Part shown: positions 55,469-64,000 of the stretch, piece by piece
How the letters are laid out: each line of letters begins with the position of its first letter
Numbering within the stretch: position 1 is the first letter of the stretch
Assembly: GCA_964016885.1 (NCBI GenBank)
Contig: OZ024744.1
Span: forward strand, 113,460,001 to 113,524,000
From: Eledone cirrhosa
Lineage: Eukaryota
Length of the DNA: 64,000 nt
Reading direction: 5' to 3'
Program-made: the position numbers and the translations under genes
The notes under the pieces: model-generated
The model's input: the letters and a program-made list of their open reading frames with translations, nothing else
The model's database searches: none
What the model was told of the DNA's origin: nothing

Positions 55469-55514
55469 CACCCCACTTGCCGATTTTGCAATGGGTAACC
55501 CCTGCTTGCCAAGG

Positions 55515-55714
55515 NNNNNNNNNNNNNNNNNNNNNNNNNNNNNNNNNNNNNNNNNNNNNNNNNNNNNNNNNNNNNNNNNNNNNNNNNNNNNNNNNNNNNN
55601 NNNNNNNNNNNNNNNNNNNNNNNNNNNNNNNNNNNNNNNNNNNNNNNNNNNNNNNNNNNNNNNNNNNNNNNNNNNNNNNNNNNNNNNNNNNNNNNNNNNN
55701 NNNNNNNNNNNNNN
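55515..55714. other. Assembly gap (200 N)
   Basis: Run of N. Confidence 1.
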
Positions 55715-57830
55715 TGTTGCTGTGTTTGATGATGTCAGTGATGTCATTAATATAGATGATAAAGAGAAGTGGGCCCAACACAGTGCCTTGTGGCACCCCA
55801 CTACTGACTTTGGCTGGGCTTGATTTGACTCCCTCAACTACAACATGTTGGGTTCTGTTTGACAGGAAGCTCTTGATCCACTGCAGCAGCTTTCCAGTGA
55901 CACCAATATTGGACAGCTTTCTCAGTAGAATGTTATGATCAACCCTGTCAAAGGCCTTGCTGAAATCAAGGTAGATAACATCAGTGTTGGAACCCTCTCC
56001 CAAGGCTCTCAAAATGTCATCAAAGTGATGCAGTAGTTGCGTCAGGCAATCCCTTCCATTACGGAATCCATGCTGGTTGGAGTTCAGCATATTGTTACTC
56101 TCAAGGAAGTGGGTCATTCGCGATCTCACCACTCGCTCAAATACCTTAATGATATGAGAGGTGAGTGAGATTGGACGGTAATTCACGGCAAGGGATTTGT
56201 TTCCCTTTTTGAAAACTGGGACAACAGACTGGGATAGAAGGTTTTCTGGCACATATCCAGCATCCAGTGAGTTCCGCCACAGATTGGCAAGAGGAGAAGC
56301 AAGTTGGTGTTGACACGCCTTCAAGACACAAGCAGGGAACCTATCGGGACCTACTGCTGAATTATGCTTGATTTCCTTTATTGCCGCCAAGACATCAGGG
56401 GCGCCAAACGTTATGTCCGATAAGGTGTAATGGGGAGTAACATCGCCGATACAGCCCAGATCGGCCATATCAGGATTGCTGAAAACAGAGCAGTATTGTT
56501 TCTGCAGTATCTCACCCATGGTTTTAGCATTGTCTTGAAGAGTGCCATTTTCATCAATTAGAGGGCCAACAGTAGAGCCAGTGATTTTGTGTTTTTTTGC
56601 AAATGAAAAGAACACTTTGGGATTGAGTTTGATCTTCTCAATGGCCCAGGCCTCTTCAGCTCTTCTCTGATTGTTGATGAGGGACATTATGTTGTTTTGG
56701 AGGTTATGTTTTTTAATCTCTAGTGATGAAATGGCAGTCAAGTTGATGTGTTGCTGCTGACAGTATTTCAGCTTGTTGATTTTTTTGTTCGTTCTCTTAA
56801 TTTTTCTGATGAGCGTTTTTCTATTTCTAGGGATTCTGCTCTTAGATTTGTTTATAGTTCTTAATGGGGTGTGTTTAGCACATATGTTTGTAACAGTGTC
56901 CACGAATGTCTGCCAGGACTTTTTGATGTTAGTGGGTGTATGAGTGTGCGTGAAGGACCAGTCGACATGTGCAAGATCATGACTGATCGATCATGACTGA
57001 TCGCTTCCCAGTTTGCATTGTGGAAATCCATAGCGTCAAACGGATGGACAGGAGAGATGACATTGGGTTTGTATATTGGACGGTGGAATCTCAGATCACA
57101 GAGAACCATGTCATGATCAGAGAGTAGAGTTTTCTCCACTGCAATATTGTGGATATTGTCAGTGTGATTGCTGAAAATTAAGTCTAGGACGTTTTTGTGG
57201 CACCTCGTTGGTTCGAGCACTAGTTGGGATAGGAAGAAATCATCCATGAAGTCAAGAAGCGATTCCACAGCTTCCCTGTCAGAGGTTGAGGCAGAAGAAC
57301 CTGGTGGCAGGGTGTTTGTGGACCAGTCAACTCCGGGGAGGTTGAAGTCCCCCATCATTAAGATGTTGTCAGGGTGACACTCTTGGATGAAACACTTTAT
57401 GCTGTTGAGGCATTCCTTGAAGCATGGTACAGGCGTTTGGGGTGGCCTATAGAGCCCAACTACTAATAGGTTGTTGGTTTGACTGAATACAGTGACTGCC
57501 TCACAGTATCCATTAGTGAATATGTTCATAGCCTCTGTTGAGAAAGAATTATGGACATAAATGGCAGTTCCGCCCTTTCTTCTGCCAGCGCGATCAGCAC
57601 GGATGGCTTTGAAATTTTTCACTTTCACCTCGGCTTCCAAGTGGAGGTTACTGAGATGGGTTTCAGTGAGGACGAAGAAAGGGATGTGGTTTGGATGGAC
57701 ATCATCAGTCAGTCCTCCAGGAATTTGATCTTCCATTTTTGAGTATTGGTGGAAGGGCTGATGCCTTGGGCGTTAAGCAAAATGTAGAGGCGAGAGTGGA
57801 TGGTTTTAATTGTTTTGGTGTGTTGTTAAT
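55715..57830 (-). mobile_element. CR1/L2-group LINE ORF2 relic (APE + RT), frameshift near 56900-57000
   Basis: LTETHL, YRPP, MGDFN, LDL, SDH; YRPISLTS, YLDFSKAFD, GVPQGTVLGP. Confidence 0.88.
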
Positions 57831-57839
57831 TTGTTTGTT

Positions 57840-60616
<2,777 letters not shown>

Positions 60617-60853
60617 TCAGGAGTGAATGGTCCGTACATGGAACGCCGCATGCAGTGCATGTGTTATAGAATCTTGAGTTGATGAAGCCAGCAGAATTTT
60701 GGCTGCTTACTAAATCGTAGACACAAAAAGATAACACACACACACACTAGATAACACTACATGCGGCTTTGACCGGGAGGGTCATTTAGCGGTATCTTCA
60801 CTCTCTATATGACACTGTTTTAGTTTCCGTATCTCCCTTCAATATATACACAT

Positions 60854-60959
60854 AGAGAGAGAGAGAGAGATTTAGAGAAAGATTAGGAAAACTACACACA
60901 CACATTAACAGAGAGAGACAGAAAAACAGAGGGAGAGGAAAAGAGTGAGAAGGGCCGTT

Positions 60960-60994
<35 letters not shown>

Positions 60995-61056
60995 GAGAGA
61001 GCGAGAGAGAGCGAGTGAGAGAGAGAGAGCGAGCGAGAGAGAGAAAGAGAGACAGA
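60854..61056. repeat. (GA)n-rich tract
   Basis: Direct sequence. Confidence 0.85.
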
Positions 61057-61554
61057 GGGGGATCAGCAAGTGACCGAATTTCCGATGTCGTTAAATTAAG
61101 TATCGGCATTAAAATAATTTTGAAATAAACGATATGTATGATCAAATGTAGCGGTGATTGAAAAATAACGTTCATTTCCGTGGTATATCTTTCATCTGCC
61201 GTTGCTCGCATAACACACACACAAGTACACCTACTTTCACACCTGATTTCGCCAATTGCCGGATAACATCAAAACAAAACACAGACACACACATATACAC
61301 AAACACACACACATATCTATACTTATAAAGCTGACGGTTGTATGTACGTTAACACAGCTAAACTCTTTCTTTTTAAACTCATTTCTACGGTAGCCCTCCC
61401 CTTTGCTACGAAGTCGGAAGGACAATGTGACACGGGGGGGGGGGGGGGGGGGGGGGGCTATGTGGTATCTTTGCAGTGGAGTGGTGGGGGCAGGTAAACC
61501 TAGCTAGGTGCCAGCCGGACGGGCCAGCTAGTATATACATATATATACATACAT

Positions 61555-62310
61555 ATCATCATCATCATCATCATCATCGTTTAACGTCCGTGTTCCACGC
61601 TTGCATGGGTTTGGAGGGGGGGTTTTCCCACTTGAGGCAAGAGTGATTGTCTTGCTCGCATAGGACTGTCTGGCAGGTTTTCTACAGTTGGATGCCCTTC
61701 CTAACACCAACCACATTTACAGTGTGGGGCTGGGAGGTTTTTACCGTGTTGCCTACACGGCCACATTACAGCGTGGACTGTCTGGCGGGTTTTCTACAGC
61801 TGGATGCCCTTCCTAACACCAACCACATTTACAGTGTGGGTCTGGGAGGTTTTTACCGTGTTGCCTACACGGCCACATTACAGCGTGGACTGTGTGTTTT
61901 TTTGTCGTGACACCTACACGATCTCATTTGTTTCGGCCTGGATGGTGTGGCACCAACAACTTTACATAGGAGGGGGTGGTGTGGATGGGGTGGGGGTGGT
62001 GGGACGGGGGTGTATTTTGTTAGAGATGCCTACTCACTGTAGTAGGTTTTACTATGTATTTAGGTAAGGCGGGTCTTTATTACCGAGAACCGCCAAAGGT
62101 CTCGGTCCAGTGACATTGTCTTGGAGAGGTGTAAGTGTGAGGTCGGAATTTATCAGCTCATCCCAGGTTTTTCTAGGTCTGCCTACTCCGTGGCTACCAT
62201 CTATCTTTATTGCCCTGCACTTTGTTATACAGCTATCGACTTTCATGCGCATCACGTGTCCATACCAACGTAGCCTTCTCGAGTAAACAACATCTGATCC
62301 CTCTTACTTG
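61555..62310 (-). mobile_element. RTE-related SINE/3' fragments with (GAT)n tail and an internal ~113-bp tandem duplication; related piece at 62706-62900
   Basis: (CAT)n..GGATGCCCTTCCTAACACCAACC twice; GRPRKTW motif in 62052-62255. Confidence 0.6.
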
Positions 62311-62329
62311 CCCTCATATATGTACTTAC

Positions 62330-62685
62330 ACACAAATTTTCACCATACACATGCATTTGTACATACACACATATGTTCATTTGTGAGTGTATATACATAC
62401 ATATACACATACCCTAACTCTATTTCCTTATGTTTTTTTATATATCTCTTTCATTACTTTTATTTATATATGTTTTGCATTTCTTGAGGAGACTTTCCAA
62501 ATATTTCACTATGTTTTAAATTGCCTTGTCCGACGAACGAATGAGGACGTTTTTCGTATTCGTCTTATTCGGGAAACCTCTGGTAATGAGGTAATTATAT
62601 TGTATATTATACATTAAATTTTGCTCTGGTACTTACATAGAGCACTCCTATGACTTTTTCAATTTTCAACGGAAACTTCAATACC
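62330..62685 (+). mobile_element. Third copy of the 42445/45203 pLTR family
   Basis: Homologous to 44890-45190 and to the reverse complement of 42445-42840. Confidence 0.8.
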
Positions 62686-62930
62686 TATATATATATATAT
62701 ATATATCATCATCATCATCCTCATTTTACGTCCGCTTCTCCCTGCCTGCAAGGGTGTGACGGGAACTGATTCTGGCTTGATTTCTACACCTGGATGCCTT
62801 CCCTAACAGCAACCTCATTCACTGAGTGCTGGGTGCTTTTCTTTCTGTGACGCCTACACGTCCGCTTTACAGTGTGGGCTGGGTGCTTTTTTGCCGTGGA
62901 ATGATAGGGAACCCAGTCCTATCATCTCCT

Positions 62931-63066
62931 TTCTACAGCTGAGTAAACAGGAGCAATGTGAAATAAAGTGTCTTGCTCAAGGAAACAACACATCACCCGT
63001 CTGAGAATTGACCTCACAACCTTTTGATTGCAAGGCCAATGCTCTAACCAGTAAGCCATGTGTCTC
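62931..63066 (-). mobile_element. tRNA-derived SINE head
   Basis: Homologous to 16617-16750. Confidence 0.75.
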
Positions 63067-63288
63067 CACATATATATATATTTGTTTTGCAAGGTTTTTG
63101 ATATGAAATTGTGTGTTGAAACAAATATTGTTATACTTGGGAAGGGTCATGTAATAATCTTGCCAGAAATAATAACAGAACACACTCACTGTTTGGTTGG
63201 TTTTTACTTCTGTATCTTTTATATCTCCATAGTTAATATATCTGGCAATCAATGTTTACCATTGACTGACCAACAGTTAAAAATACAG

Positions 63289-63336
<48 letters not shown>

Positions 63337-63341
<5 letters not shown>

Positions 63342-64000
63342 AACAAAGTTCTTTCGTTGCACATCTGCAACATCATCAGTGGTACTATTATCATGTTTCC
63401 TCCTATTGCATTGTATTGTAATGTTTACGCCATTTTTATTTCATTTACTTATTTTTGTCGCTGTCTCTGTGCATGTTTGCATGTGTGTATAATGTTTGGT
63501 GTGTATTTTCGCTTTTGAGTGTATGTGGTTTTTGGTTTCTGTATCCTATCTTTGTTCACTAGTGTGTGTTTATATGTGTTTGTTGTTATTGTACTTGTGT
63601 ATATATTTATTTATATTTCCCTTATGTCAGTATTGTTTGTTTGGGTATGGTTGTTATTCCATTCATTTTTTTCTATTTAACTTTGGTTTTCTAAGTTCTA
63701 TTTCACCCGCTTCTCTGATTTGCCTACCTGTTGGGACATTTCTATGTTTAGATATTATTTTAATTTCTATGTTGTCTATGTTACCGTCATGTCTTTGTCT
63801 GGCATGTTTGTATAGTACTGACTCGTTTTTTTGTCCTTTTAATTTCCCCCAGTGTTGGTCTATTCTTTCTTCTATGCTACGAGCTGTCTCACCTATGTAT
63901 GTCGTTCTCATGTTTCTGCAAGTACCCTCTGTACATCTTATGCTATAGACTACATTTCTAGTTTTACAGTTTATCTGGGGGTTCACTTTACATATAACAC
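63337..64000 (-). mobile_element. PLE 3' end: GIY-YIG (63663-63986), 3'UTR and partial hammerhead (63340-63385)
   Basis: NVVYSIRC..YIGETARSIEERIDQH..RQIREA; CTGATGA t-gttgca gatg tgcaac GAAA. Confidence 0.82.

Larger units (their letters stand above)
52612..55514 (+). mobile_element. Nematis-like PLE with an inverted upstream pLTR; 3' end lost in the assembly gap
   Basis: Minus-strand hammerhead-bearing pLTR from 52612, then a long + ORF. Confidence 0.85.

Noticed and set aside
55419-55823. ORFs spanning the N run, suggesting a PLE-CR1 fusion
   Set aside because: Artefact of translating through the assembly gap
60680-60712. TTGATGA plus agcca/tggct hairpin as a hammerhead
   Set aside because: No GAAA or stem III follows

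Overview
Gene-free, transposon-saturated animal genomic DNA, most likely a coleoid cephalopod (Octopus-like SINEs and massive (TA)n tracts; inference). 1-15.9 kb is a nest of large retroelements: a Tx1/L1-like LINE with intact ORF2, an R4/Dong-like RLE LINE (minus) split by an intact Gypsy LTR element (identical 264-bp LTRs, GTGC TSD, -1 frameshift), and a chimeric Tx1 copy. 16-64 kb is a sea of TA-type microsatellite holding Penelope-like elements (PLEs) of several lineages, RTE and CR1-like LINE relics, SINEs and Helitron-like pieces. The dominant structure is about ten fold-back (inverted) modules, some nested, with sense 3' ends pointing outward. About 20 hammerhead ribozyme motifs (roughly 12 sequence families, including U3-A8 and U4C core variants) lie in or near them. 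All 'IYIY/YTHT' ORFs are microsatellite artefacts. Coordinates and identities were read by eye and may be off by a few bases.
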